This document shows, one piece after another, positions 7,671 through 17,358 of a stretch of 64,000 nucleotides of DNA; position 1 is the stretch's first letter; each line of letters begins with the position of its first letter. Where the stretch lies: the NCBI GenBank assembly GCA_002314675.1, contig DCGZ01000157.1, positions 177-64,176 on the forward strand. Direction: 5' to 3'. The notes beneath the pieces are model-generated. The model was not told where the DNA came from. It saw nothing but the letters and a program-made list of their open reading frames with translations, and searched no databases. The stretch comes from Fibrobacter sp. UBA1765. GTDB lineage: Bacteria > Fibrobacterota > Fibrobacteria > Fibrobacterales > Fibrobacteraceae. Both the position numbers and the translations under genes were made by a program.

Positions 7671-9884
7671 GTGAAAAAAATTTGTTTGCTTATTCTGTTT
7701 TTTTTGAACATTGCTCTTGCAGCGAAGTCCAATTACTTTGAAGGGTTTGCAGAGCCCTATCCTGTAAATGATGCCAAGATTTTTGACAATACTCTTGTTT
7801 TGGCTACGGCAAACGGTGTTCGTTTTGTAGATGCCTCTGGAGCATCGGTTATGCGAACCTCGGCAAACGGTCTTGGAGCGACGGGCTTTGCTTCTTTGGC
7901 TATTGTGGGGGAGGATCTCTATGCAATATCGGAAAATGGCATTATTGCTCGCAAAATCGGGGGCTCGTGGAATTTTGAACAGGTAAATCGTTCTTATGAG
8001 GAGTTTGGCGCAAATGTCGTGCCTGGTGCAGTTGCTGTAGGTGGCGACTACATGGTTATTGCCTTCAGGAATAAGCTCGCATTTTTTGATGTTAAGTCCA
8101 AGTCGTATTTAACAAGTATTGCAAAAATAGGGTCAATCGTTCTGGGTACGTATTCTCCGACTAGCGTCCTTGTTTCGAATGATTCCTTGTTTATTGCTGT
8201 TGGTAATTCCGTGTTTCTTCGCAAAATGGATTGGAAAAATTTGAGTACGGATCGTTTTTTGGCAGACCCGGCTTCTTGGACAGAAATCCCTTTTGAAAAA
8301 CCGGTTCTTTCAATGGCTCTTTTAGATGGTAAACTTAAGACTAGGTCTATTGCTGGTTCTTATTACTTTGAAAATGGTAGGGAGTTTTCTGCAAGCGAAG
8401 ATTCCGTGATGCTGATCGCTAACGGAGAAAAAATAAAGAATGAAGAACTTTATTTTAAAGGAAAGAGCCGTGCGAGATTTGTTTTAAGTTGCGAAAATAA
8501 AATCTTTTTAGCTGGCTCCAATTTTGTCGGCGTTCTCGAAGCCGGTAATCTTATAGATTTGACTCCTTTTAATCGTTATAGCCTTGGCGGTACGTATGAA
8601 ATGACAGCTCTTTCGAAGGGTGGCATGATTGTATCGGGGATGAATTCCAAACTGTCCGCCTTTACCGGCTCTACATTTTCAATTCCTGTGAATTCTAATG
8701 ATGAAGGCTGGAAAAATGCAGAGGGCGGTATGAACTTTTTAATCAAGGCCTTGTCTGAACTCCCTTCGGGTGAAATCCTTTATAATATTTGGGGTATAGG
8801 AATCTATGTGTACCGTAACTATTCGTTTGACGAAACCTTGTTTTCGATTCAGCGCAACGATGGTACCTGCATAGAAAATTTCATGGAAAATTTCATGGTT
8901 CCTGCATCGGCGACTCCTGCCCCTGATGGCTCGGGATTTTTAGTGAGTTACTGGAGTAAGAATAATTATGGTATAGCCTTTGTTGACTTGTATGGTGATG
9001 TTTATTGCGCTTCAGGAATTGGTAGCACCGAATTTTCGGGTCCAATGCTTGCAAGGCTTTTAAAAGATGGTTCGTATGAAGTGTTTGTTGCTTCAAATGT
9101 TGCCCAGAGTGAAAACGGAAACGGTTCCCTGGACAGGTTTGTAATGCGTTCGCCTCGTTCTGGAGGTGAACTAAGCGTTATTGACAAGCAGAACTTGAAA
9201 ACACCAAATCACGAGTTCCCAGTAGACTTGGCCTTTGCCTCGGATAGTACGCTGTGGATTGCAACTTATTCTAAAATAGGACATTGGAATTCAGGAGATT
9301 CGGTAATGGTTCCTCATAGGATTTCTCACTTTGCAGGTACTTCTTACTCGTCTATTGCTGTGGATCCGCACGGGAACCTTTGGATATCTTCCAACGGCGA
9401 TGGTTTATATAGACTGACCCGGAAGAAAGAATCGAATGATACTCTTTCTGCTGAACATTTTAAGACCCGTCATGGTTTGATTAATGATAATATTTATGAT
9501 TTAGCTTTAGATTCTGTAACGGGAACTCTTTGGATGGCGCATAATATCGGTGTAACGATGCTTGTTCGTGATGATTTGCGTAAAGCATCTGCTTTTATGA
9601 CAGATTCAATAGATCTTAAGGTAAGGGTGTATCCAAATCCGTTCCGTCCCAAAAAACATATAAGGGTTAATTTTGAATTTGTTGCTGAGAATGCAAGGAT
9701 CAGTATTTTTAACGCTGGCGGAAATCTTATTAAATCTATGGCTGATGAAGATTTGATCGGTGGTCATGCGGAATGGGATGGTCGCGATGGCTCTGGACAT
9801 TTGGTTGCACCGGGAGTTTATACATATTTAATAACCATTCACGGCAAAAAAAAGAAACAGGGTAAACTTTTAATTATTCACTAG
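7671..9884 (+). CDS. secreted beta-propeller protein with T9SS/FlgD-Ig-like C-terminal domain
   Basis: Signal peptide MKKICLLILFFLNIALA (GTG start). Reg_prop-like repeats (LWIATYS.IGHW, NLWISSNGDGLYRL, TLWMAHNIGV). C-terminus VYPNPFRP...WDGRDGSGHLVAPGVYTYLI. Confidence 0.7.
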   Translation: MKKICLLILFFLNIALAAKSNYFEGFAEPYPVNDAKIFDNTLVLATANGVRFVDASGASVMRTSANGLGATGFASLAIVGEDLYAISENGIIARKIGGSWNFEQVNRSYEEFGANVVPGAVAVGGDYMVIAFRNKLAFFDVKSKSYLTSIAKIGSIVLGTYSPTSVLVSNDSLFIAVGNSVFLRKMDWKNLSTDRFLADPASWTEIPFEKPVLSMALLDGKLKTRSIAGSYYFENGREFSASEDSVMLIANGEKIKNEELYFKGKSRARFVLSCENKIFLAGSNFVGVLEAGNLIDLTPFNRYSLGGTYEMTALSKGGMIVSGMNSKLSAFTGSTFSIPVNSNDEGWKNAEGGMNFLIKALSELPSGEILYNIWGIGIYVYRNYSFDETLFSIQRNDGTCIENFMENFMVPASATPAPDGSGFLVSYWSKNNYGIAFVDLYGDVYCASGIGSTEFSGPMLARLLKDGSYEVFVASNVAQSENGNGSLDRFVMRSPRSGGELSVIDKQNLKTPNHEFPVDLAFASDSTLWIATYSKIGHWNSGDSVMVPHRISHFAGTSYSSIAVDPHGNLWISSNGDGLYRLTRKKESNDTLSAEHFKTRHGLINDNIYDLALDSVTGTLWMAHNIGVTMLVRDDLRKASAFMTDSIDLKVRVYPNPFRPKKHIRVNFEFVAENARISIFNAGGNLIKSMADEDLIGGHAEWDGRDGSGHLVAPGVYTYLITIHGKKKKQGKLLIIH

Positions 9885-9901
9885 TAAAGGACATTGAAAA
9901 A

Positions 9902-10324
9902 ATGAAACTGAAAAAAATTTTTGTAGTAGCAATAATTTTTATTGTATCGCTTATGGTTGGTTGCGCTTCTCAGCGAACCCGAGCAACATGTGCTGAAACT
10001 GAATACCGCTTGAATTCCATGAGCTATTCTCCGGACCAGCGTGCGTTCCTGGAAGAGGAACTTAGACAGTGCCGAGCAGAACAGGCGGAACAAGAAAAAG
10101 ATGATGTGATTACGAACAAGGTCGTTGGCAGTATCCGAGACCGCTTTGCTGCAGATTCTGCGGCAAAGGCTAAGGAAAAAGTAGAAACCGTCGAGGCTCC
10201 ATCTGAAGTTGTAGAGGACGTTTCTGAGAATGCAAGTGTAGCTACTGAAGAATCTTCCGAAGTTTCTGAAACTCCAGCAAGTGAAACTGTTGAAGATGCA
10301 ACCGAAGAGTCTGCGGGTAATTAA
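9902..10324 (+). CDS. acidic lipoprotein (140 aa)
   Basis: Lipobox LMVGC after a signal peptide. Acidic Ser/Glu-rich tail. Confidence 0.6.
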   Translation: MKLKKIFVVAIIFIVSLMVGCASQRTRATCAETEYRLNSMSYSPDQRAFLEEELRQCRAEQAEQEKDDVITNKVVGSIRDRFAADSAAKAKEKVETVEAPSEVVEDVSENASVATEESSEVSETPASETVEDATEESAGN

Positions 10325-11625
10325 TGCTTAAGACTATTTTCGGCGAAGATATTAATCCGCAAGTTCCAACGCGCCTTTTGAAAATTGCAGAAGACATTCG
10401 TGCTGCGGGTGGCAGGGCCTACCTTGTAGGAGGCTTTGTTCGCGATACGTTGCTCGGGAATGCGGATAGCCGCGACTACGATGTGGAGGTTTATAACATT
10501 TCGCAAGAAACTTTGCTGAGTGTGCTTTCCAAATATGGTCGCGCCGATGCCGTTGGCCGTGCATTTGGCGTGTATCATCTTTCCATGAAAGGTTTGTCCC
10601 TTGATTTTTCGTTCCCGCGCACAGAGAGCAAGGTCGGTCGCGGCCACAAGGGCTTTGTCGTAGAAACGCATACGGACCTTTCCTTTAAGGAAGCCGCATT
10701 CCGCAGGGACTTTACCGTGAATGCCATGGGAATGGAACTCCCTACTTTTGAATTGAACGACCCGTACAATGGCGAAGGTGATTTGCGAAACGGCGTATTA
10801 CGCCATGTCGGTAGCGCCTTTGCCGAGGATTCGCTCCGCATTTTACGCGGTGTTCAATTTGCTGCACGTTTCCGTTTGCAACTTGCCGACGAAACGCGTG
10901 ACCTTTGTAGAACTCTTTCTTTAGACGATCTTTCCAAGGAACGCATCTACGAAGAATTCAAGAAGTGGCTTTTAAAACCGGGACTTCGTTCCCTTGGTTT
11001 AAAGACATTCCTCGCCATGGACCTTTTGCGCTTTTTCCCGGAAATTTTACCGTTGAATGATTCTTATGAATTGCTTGGTGAATATCTCGACAACATTTCT
11101 GAAGCGGCGGTAGAATTCCCTGAAGAATCCAGAATGATTCTTGCTTTTGCTTCACTTTTGAGCGGCAATGCAGAGCCTGCGGAATCTGTAAAGTTCCTCG
11201 ACAAGATGACGAATGAAATCAAGATTTTAAAGGGCGTTCCTCTTTTGCTTGAGTATGCTCCAAAGGTGAAAACAGCAATTTCTGAAAGAACTTTGCCGAG
11301 CGACTCCGAAATCCGTCGGTTGAGTGTCGCCTTGAATGGGCTTGAAATGTTCCTTGCTTTTGTTGCAGCAAACCCGGTTCTTGATCAAGATGCCCGTTCT
11401 GATTTTGCCTGCAATTTTAAATTAAGGGCTCGTGAACTTGGAGTCTTTGAACATGCTCCGGAGCCGTACTTGACTGGGCGCTATTTGATGAGCATCGGCC
11501 AAAAACCAGGCAAGCTTTTTGGGGAACTTATCAAGGAAAGCTTTGAACTGCAGCTAGATGGCAAGTTGACTTGTGTTAGCGATGCAGAAGCCTGGGCCTA
11601 TGCCAGATTGGCAGAAAAATCCTAG
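10324..11625 (+). CDS. tRNA nucleotidyltransferase / poly(A) polymerase family protein (CCA-adding-like)
   Basis: YLVGGFVRDTLLG...DYDVEV and RRDFTVNAM class-II nucleotidyltransferase motifs. TAATG overlap with the upstream ORF. Confidence 0.8.
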   Translation: MLKTIFGEDINPQVPTRLLKIAEDIRAAGGRAYLVGGFVRDTLLGNADSRDYDVEVYNISQETLLSVLSKYGRADAVGRAFGVYHLSMKGLSLDFSFPRTESKVGRGHKGFVVETHTDLSFKEAAFRRDFTVNAMGMELPTFELNDPYNGEGDLRNGVLRHVGSAFAEDSLRILRGVQFAARFRLQLADETRDLCRTLSLDDLSKERIYEEFKKWLLKPGLRSLGLKTFLAMDLLRFFPEILPLNDSYELLGEYLDNISEAAVEFPEESRMILAFASLLSGNAEPAESVKFLDKMTNEIKILKGVPLLLEYAPKVKTAISERTLPSDSEIRRLSVALNGLEMFLAFVAANPVLDQDARSDFACNFKLRARELGVFEHAPEPYLTGRYLMSIGQKPGKLFGELIKESFELQLDGKLTCVSDAEAWAYARLAEKS

Positions 11626-12962
11626 CCAAGCTTTGAAAGTATAATTGGTACTTGTGAAACCGCATTTAGAATGCCTATGCAAATGACAAAAATTGCGTAG
11701 GCATTTTTATGTTTTTCATTTTGAATCGAATGCCAGATATGGATTGCAATGCCAAGTAAAATCCAATCTGCAATGTAGAACACCCGTTCTCCAGAAGCGT
11801 AGATTGTTGGTGAAAAGTACATGAGAGCTTCTGTAGCGATAGCGAGTATAAAAAGGGTGAATAGCTTAGCCTTGCCATGATTCCACAAGAGAATCCCTGT
11901 AAAGACTGTCGCAATGCTCCACCATGTAAAGGCAACCCAATTGCAAAGAGACATGCCGGAAATGGATGGGAATGTTTCTGGGCGTATTGCAGGGTCAATG
12001 GCATTTAGACCAATGTCAGAAAACAATTCAATTTTTGCAAAGGGCAAGAGTGCTGCAATTATAAATAGCGCCGCCGGAATACTAGACTTTAATTTTTTTG
12101 GCGCCGAAAGAATGGAAGCAAGCCAGAGCAGGATAAACAATGCTTTCCCTTCGTTTGCAAAAGAAGAAAGCATCCATTGCAGGGTAATAAAAGAATGTTC
12201 TGCAATGGAAAGTGCCGCAAATTGCGGGTACCAGTTTTCGGTTTCTGTAGCAATGCGCGATGCGTTACCTGGGGCAAAATAAAGAATGGCAAATGCAAAT
12301 ATGAATACCGCAAGTTCAATCCAAATGGCTTTGGGTACGCATTCCTTTCTATAAAGTTTGTAGCACAATCCGGCTACCCAAATGCATATTACGGAAAAAC
12401 CTATTTGCTCGATAGAAGTAACAGCGAACAAGCTTAACGGGATACTGTATATTAAGTGCTTGGGTGAATATTTCTGCCCCTTAAGATACTTGAAAAAAGG
12501 AATTAGAATAATCAGGGCGGCAACTATAGCCCATGTATAGAAAATGGAGCCGTTAACCCAAATCGCGGCATGCCCAAAAGTCATGATATCCATGAGCAGA
12601 TATCCAATGACTAGAATCAATGGCAACCGAATTGCTGAAAAGCCTGTAAGCTTGTTTTCTGGTTTTAAAATATGATATAGACAGGCCGGGAGAGCAGCAA
12701 CCATTATTGCGTTGACAAATCTCCAGAACCATATTCCCAGGGTAAAGGTCCCGAAAACAACGCTTTCTGCTCCAAGTCTTCCTGTCCATGTGACGTAACG
12801 CCATTGTAGATAATCTACAAGATTCATGGAATGTGCGTAGCTGTCGAAAAATGCGTCATCGCCATCGGAGTAATGAATTTTGCAGAGCACAAGAAATGCA
12901 AAAAATGCGACAGTTCCAAAAAAAATTTTGGGACTAAAAAATCTTTGTATGGATTGAATCAC
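11622..12962 (-). CDS. polytopic membrane protein, GT-C-like glycosyltransferase candidate
   Basis: More than 10 hydrophobic helices, immediately downstream of a GT2 gene. Start is uncertain: GTG at 12962 abuts the GT2 stop, while the track ATG at 13007 would overlap it. Confidence 0.55.
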   Translation of the reverse strand: MIQSIQRFFSPKIFFGTVAFFAFLVLCKIHYSDGDDAFFDSYAHSMNLVDYLQWRYVTWTGRLGAESVVFGTFTLGIWFWRFVNAIMVAALPACLYHILKPENKLTGFSAIRLPLILVIGYLLMDIMTFGHAAIWVNGSIFYTWAIVAALIILIPFFKYLKGQKYSPKHLIYSIPLSLFAVTSIEQIGFSVICIWVAGLCYKLYRKECVPKAIWIELAVFIFAFAILYFAPGNASRIATETENWYPQFAALSIAEHSFITLQWMLSSFANEGKALFILLWLASILSAPKKLKSSIPAALFIIAALLPFAKIELFSDIGLNAIDPAIRPETFPSISGMSLCNWVAFTWWSIATVFTGILLWNHGKAKLFTLFILAIATEALMYFSPTIYASGERVFYIADWILLGIAIHIWHSIQNEKHKNAYAIFVICIGILNAVSQVPIILSKLG

Positions 12963-12963
12963 T

Positions 12964-14064
12964 TTACTTCCATTTAAACAGGCCGAGCAAACCGAACGGC
13001 ACTGCAAACACGTTCATTGGAACCTGCATGATTTCTGTGATAGGCAGGCAGAGCAAGAGCTTTTTGGAACGGAGCTTGACTGCGGCACATGTAAGGAAGA
13101 ACAAGTCGCAGGCAACCTTCACGGCCATTGGAATAACAAACCATGTTAACGGGAATTCTGCAAACATCACAAGGAACGGGCTAATCAAAAGCCAGATCAG
13201 GAACGTGTAGATAAGCGAAAGTCCAAGTGTGTACAGGTGGCTATCGTACTTGGTACCGTTGCTAGACCAGCGGGCGCGCTGGAAGAACAGGGCCTTGAGA
13301 GAATTCACCGGAGCGGTTTCGATCATTGCGTCAGCGCTCAGGTTGTAACAGAACTTGACATTTGGTTCCTTGATCATCTTGTGGATCAGCATGTCGTCGT
13401 CGCCACTCGAAAGATTCACGAGATCTCCAAAACCGCCAACCTTGAAGAACAAGTCCTTTTTATAGGCGAGGCATGCGGCACTTGCAAGCATCGGATGGCC
13501 TAGACTAAAACCAGCTGCTTCGATGCTTGTGTAGGCGAGCGTTTCCAGTTTCTGGTATTGGTGTACCGGGCTCCAGCCCCCAGTATTTTGCTTTGGCCCT
13601 TGCACAATGGCAATGTCGCCTTCGAAACGCCCGGCCATGCTTGCAAGCCACTTTTTTGTAGGAACGCAGTCTGCATCCATAATCAGCAAAACTTCACCGC
13701 GGGCTTCCTTGAAGCCGCTTTCCAGAGCTCGTTTCTTTGGGCTTTCGATTTTTGGCAAGTTTGGGTCCAGGTGCAGAACGCGGAACTTTTCGTGCGTTGC
13801 TGCAAAATCATCGAGAATCTTGCCGGTGGAATCCGTGGAGCGGTCATCGACGCAGATAATTTCGTATTCGCCTTCGTACTCCTGCCTGTCAAGAGCCTCT
13901 AGCGTGCGAGCCGCGAATTCTTCTTCGTTTCGCATCGGAATGACGACTGTTACAAATGGTGTCGCCTTGCCCTTGTGCCTATGCGTGCGCATAATCCCCA
14001 CCGCGAAGGTGATGATCGCTATTGCATAAAGGGCCGTCAATGCGGCGAGAATGATTTCGCTCAT
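12964..14064 (-). CDS. membrane-bound family-2 glycosyltransferase (processive type)
   Basis: VTVVIPMRNEE, the DAD motif (IMDADC) and the QRARW (QxxRW) motif. N- and C-terminal TM helices. Confidence 0.8.
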   Translation of the reverse strand: MSEIILAALTALYAIAIITFAVGIMRTHRHKGKATPFVTVVIPMRNEEEFAARTLEALDRQEYEGEYEIICVDDRSTDSTGKILDDFAATHEKFRVLHLDPNLPKIESPKKRALESGFKEARGEVLLIMDADCVPTKKWLASMAGRFEGDIAIVQGPKQNTGGWSPVHQYQKLETLAYTSIEAAGFSLGHPMLASAACLAYKKDLFFKVGGFGDLVNLSSGDDDMLIHKMIKEPNVKFCYNLSADAMIETAPVNSLKALFFQRARWSSNGTKYDSHLYTLGLSLIYTFLIWLLISPFLVMFAEFPLTWFVIPMAVKVACDLFFLTCAAVKLRSKKLLLCLPITEIMQVPMNVFAVPFGLLGLFKWK

Positions 14065-14090
14065 ATTTGTAAAGTTAAAAAAATTTATAT

Positions 14091-14220
14091 GGGCGTTCCC
14101 CTCGCAGGGCGAGGGTCGCCGTCTTTCGGGCTACCCTCTGGTCGGTGCTAAAGGTATTTAGCACAGGCGCTATTTAGCGCCTCCCTACAGGTGGCTAACG
14201 CAATTTTGTACATTTAGCGC
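14091..14220. repeat. structured intergenic element with three hairpins and a reiterated ATTTAGC(G/A)C word
   Basis: Hairpins at 14099-14115 (ccctcgc/gcgaggg), 14146-14164 (gtgctaa/ttagcac) and 14166-14181 (ggcgct/agcgcc). The atttagc[ag]c word occurs at 14156, 14172 and 14212. Confidence 0.6.
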
Positions 14221-14985
14221 ATGATTCACCCTAGCGCACTAGTATCTTCACAGGCCGAAGTTTCTCCCGAAGCTTTCGTTGGCCCTTGGTGCATTGTGGA
14301 AGCCGGTGCAAAAATTGCATCGGGAGTGCGCCTGGAATCGCGCGTCCATGTGTATCCGCTTACGGAAATATCCGAAAATACAGCCGTTTATGATGGAGCC
14401 ATTTTGGGAGCCCCGCCGCAGGATTTAAAGTATGCCGGGGAACCGACTGTTTTGCGCATAGGCAAAAATTGCACGATTCGTGAATATTGCACATTGAATC
14501 GCGGAACCGTAGCTTCGGGCTGTACAGAAATTTTTGATGACGTATTGTTGATGGCGTATGTCCATGTGGCGCACGACTGCCGTATAGGGGAAGGCGCTGT
14601 GGTTAGCAATGGTTGCCAGCTTGGCGGACATGTCCATGTCGGTAAATACGCGACAATCGGGGGAACCGCAGGGGTTGCACAGCGTTGTCGGGTAGGGGCC
14701 TATTCCTTTGTTGGAGCTTCGCTAAAAGTCGACCGTGATGTTCCTCCAGCAGTCAAGGCTCTTGGGAATCCATTGAAATTTGCGGGAATCAATTTGCATG
14801 CCTTGCGAAGGTTCCCGGAACGATTCTCTGAAGAACGCATTCAAAATTTTGAGCGTGCTTACAAGTTGCTGTTCCGCACGGGGGTGCCTGTAGAAAATTC
14901 TTTGCAAAACCTGCTTGCTAGTGATGCGGATCCTATTTTGAAAGAATTCTTTTCTGGTTGGCACGGCTCTTTAATAGGGCGATAA
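14221..14985 (+). CDS. lpxA: acyl-ACP--UDP-N-acetylglucosamine O-acyltransferase
   Basis: MIHPSALVS start, left-handed beta-helix hexapeptide repeats, and LpxA-typical length and C-terminal helical domain. Confidence 0.85.
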   Translation: MIHPSALVSSQAEVSPEAFVGPWCIVEAGAKIASGVRLESRVHVYPLTEISENTAVYDGAILGAPPQDLKYAGEPTVLRIGKNCTIREYCTLNRGTVASGCTEIFDDVLLMAYVHVAHDCRIGEGAVVSNGCQLGGHVHVGKYATIGGTAGVAQRCRVGAYSFVGASLKVDRDVPPAVKALGNPLKFAGINLHALRRFPERFSEERIQNFERAYKLLFRTGVPVENSLQNLLASDADPILKEFFSGWHGSLIGR

Positions 14986-15016
14986 AAAAAGCTAGGCGAC
15001 GCCTAGCTTTTTTCAT
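14986..15016. terminator. bidirectional terminator between lpxA and the GH5 gene
   Basis: aaaaaaagctaggcg-a-cgcctagctttttt: a palindromic hairpin flanked by A and T runs. Confidence 0.75.
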
Positions 15017-15030
15017 TTGCATTGAAATTT

Positions 15031-16344
15031 TTATTCTGTAGCAGGGAAGAATGCATCCGGGAAGCCTGTATACCAGGTATCTGCTTCCTTGTCGTAGGCT
15101 TCAAAGCCGCCTACTTTGGTAAATCCCCAGTAATGCCAAGAAATATCGTACTTTTCTGCTGCCTGGATTGTGACTTGAGCCCATCTAGCCTTCATCTTTG
15201 CAGATGGTAACGGTTGACCCGCATTGCATACATTGTCGTTTGCGAAGGAGCCACCGCCAGAAATACCGAATTCACCCATATTCATTGGGACGTGTCCGCC
15301 ATTTACATCTGGGTAGAGCTTTGTCGCGAGCTGCTTGTAGGATCTCAGGTCTGCGTTTGCTGTATTTGCGTATGCATCATCACCTACGCATGGGGTGCTG
15401 TGTCCCTGATGGCTGTAGTTGAACGGTTCGTAGTAGTGACCAGAATAAATGATGTTTCCGTCCTGGGGCAACTTGAGCTTATCAAGATCAAAGAACTTTG
15501 CTGCGTGGTAGGCTTCGAACATGATTGTCTTGCCTGGAGCCGCCTGTCGGATTGCATTATAGCCAAGGGTCATGACTTCGTTCATGAGGTTTGCATCTTT
15601 CATGGTTGGTTCATTCAAGATGTCAAAGACAAGCATTGTATCGGGGAATACGTTGAATGCCTGTGCTACCTCGCTCCAGATAGAGAAATAGTGAAGCTTT
15701 TCGGATTCGTAAAGGTCCGGGTGGTCTACGGCATGGTCTGCTGCAAACATGATTTCGTGATACCAGTGGAAACTCATGACAACGGCAAGTCCTGCGTCTA
15801 TTGCGAGCTTTACGTCTTCAAGAACCCCGGCTAAGCGTTCTGGGTTTACTGTGTGGGTTTCAGGATTGGAGTTATGCTGCCACTTGACCGGAATGCGGAC
15901 GGAGTTAAAGCCAGCCTCCTTGATTTTCTGGAAGTAGCTATCTTCAATCGGGTTGCCCCAGCTTGCGTCAAGTCGGTCTTCGCAGCCAAAGTTATAGCGT
16001 TCTGCCGGCAAGCTGCCTAAATAAGCCTGGTCAGCCGAAGTCAATTTAATAGTCTTTGTTTCGCCGTTTACCGTATAGACAAAGTCGTCGTCTTCGCGGA
16101 GAGTTCCGCAACCCCAGTAGGAGTTACCGTCCCAGGCGTTGCCAAGGTTGATGCCCTTGCCCAGGCGCTTGTTCATGGCGCGTCCAAGGGAGTAGTCTAC
16201 AGGGGTAGCTGTCGACTGTTCTTCTTCTGCTACTGGATCTTCCTTTTTTGCTTCGAGTCCGTTGTCGCTACTGGAGCAGGCGTACAGTCCAAATCCCAGC
16301 ATGCTAAAACTTAATAGTGCAGGAATCATTGCAGATTTCTTCAT
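15031..16344 (-). CDS. GH5 endoglucanase (cellulase), lipoprotein
   Basis: Lipobox LYAC. Motifs GINLGNAWD, FNSVRIPVKW, FHWYHE, ILNEP (acid/base) and MGEFG (nucleophile). Confidence 0.85.
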   Translation of the reverse strand: MKKSAMIPALLSFSMLGFGLYACSSSDNGLEAKKEDPVAEEEQSTATPVDYSLGRAMNKRLGKGINLGNAWDGNSYWGCGTLREDDDFVYTVNGETKTIKLTSADQAYLGSLPAERYNFGCEDRLDASWGNPIEDSYFQKIKEAGFNSVRIPVKWQHNSNPETHTVNPERLAGVLEDVKLAIDAGLAVVMSFHWYHEIMFAADHAVDHPDLYESEKLHYFSIWSEVAQAFNVFPDTMLVFDILNEPTMKDANLMNEVMTLGYNAIRQAAPGKTIMFEAYHAAKFFDLDKLKLPQDGNIIYSGHYYEPFNYSHQGHSTPCVGDDAYANTANADLRSYKQLATKLYPDVNGGHVPMNMGEFGISGGGSFANDNVCNAGQPLPSAKMKARWAQVTIQAAEKYDISWHYWGFTKVGGFEAYDKEADTWYTGFPDAFFPATE

Positions 16345-16605
16345 ATAAAATCCTCGTTGACTTAACTTTTACCCAAAGATACTCTTTTTTTTGAGCCTAT
16401 GGACGATTTTCTTAAAAATATACTTTATTAAAATTATACAAAATTGTGACAACTGTAATTTGCGTAAGTCGTGAAAAATCATTCATTTAGGCAAAATTTA
16501 GTATTTTAGCCTTTTGAAAAGTACTTTTTTTCAAAAATGCAAAATCGCATGTCCAAAAAACAAGCTATATTCGGCACTATTGGATTTTGGAGAAATCTAC
16601 AACTT

Positions 16606-17343
16606 ATGAAATCAATGCTACAGAATACCATCTTGAAGTGTGCCGCAGGCGCCCTTCTTCTTGCGTCTTTCTCGTTCGCCGGTTTTAACGACTATCGCGA
16701 TAGAGATGCCGGACGCTTTATTTTGAAGGATCCTAAGCCGTTCCGCCCGGATAAGGATGTTGTTTCCGTTGTTATGCGTGAAGCTATTCCTCGTGGCGGT
16801 GGCTATGTTTACCAGTATCCGCGTGAAAACCCGGAACCGGTACTCACCGATAAGTATGCTATGGAAGGTGCTCTTTCCATGGAAATTGAACTTATCGCAA
16901 GCGACTACTCCGGTGTTGCTATTTGTATTGCAGGTTCAGTAGACCTTACACCATATCTTGAAGATGGCGTTCTTGAATTCTGGATCAAGGGCGAAAAGGG
17001 TGGCGAAAACGCCTTGTTCGTACTTTTGGACGATGGTACAAAGACCGGTGGTGAATCCATGCAGGTTAAGCTCCGTTCCAAGAGCCTTGGCGAAATTACA
17101 ACAGAGTGGACTCGCTTTAGCGTTCCTTTGAAGCTTTTTGGTATGACCGGTGTGTACTGGGATGCCAAGAATACCCGCGAAGTTATGCTCCCGTTTGCAT
17201 GGTCAAACTTCAAGGGCTTCCGTCTTGAAGTCCGTAAGGACGAAAACGAATCCTTTAAGGTATGGATCGACGATGTCGTGATTAAGAAGCACGGTAAGGC
17301 ATACGAAGGTCCGGAATTCTACCCGTTCCGCAACGAGATTTAA
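16606..17343 (+). CDS. secreted beta-sandwich (CBM/CIA30-like) protein
   Basis: Signal peptide MKSMLQNTILKCAAGALLLASFSFA at the internal ATG 16606. Sandwich-like core (GVLEFWIKGEKGGENALFVLLDDG...EWTRFSVPLKLF). First gene of a tight operon. Confidence 0.6.
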   Translation: MKSMLQNTILKCAAGALLLASFSFAGFNDYRDRDAGRFILKDPKPFRPDKDVVSVVMREAIPRGGGYVYQYPRENPEPVLTDKYAMEGALSMEIELIASDYSGVAICIAGSVDLTPYLEDGVLEFWIKGEKGGENALFVLLDDGTKTGGESMQVKLRSKSLGEITTEWTRFSVPLKLFGMTGVYWDAKNTREVMLPFAWSNFKGFRLEVRKDENESFKVWIDDVVIKKHGKAYEGPEFYPFRNEI

Positions 17344-17358
17344 GAGGATTAGAATTTT

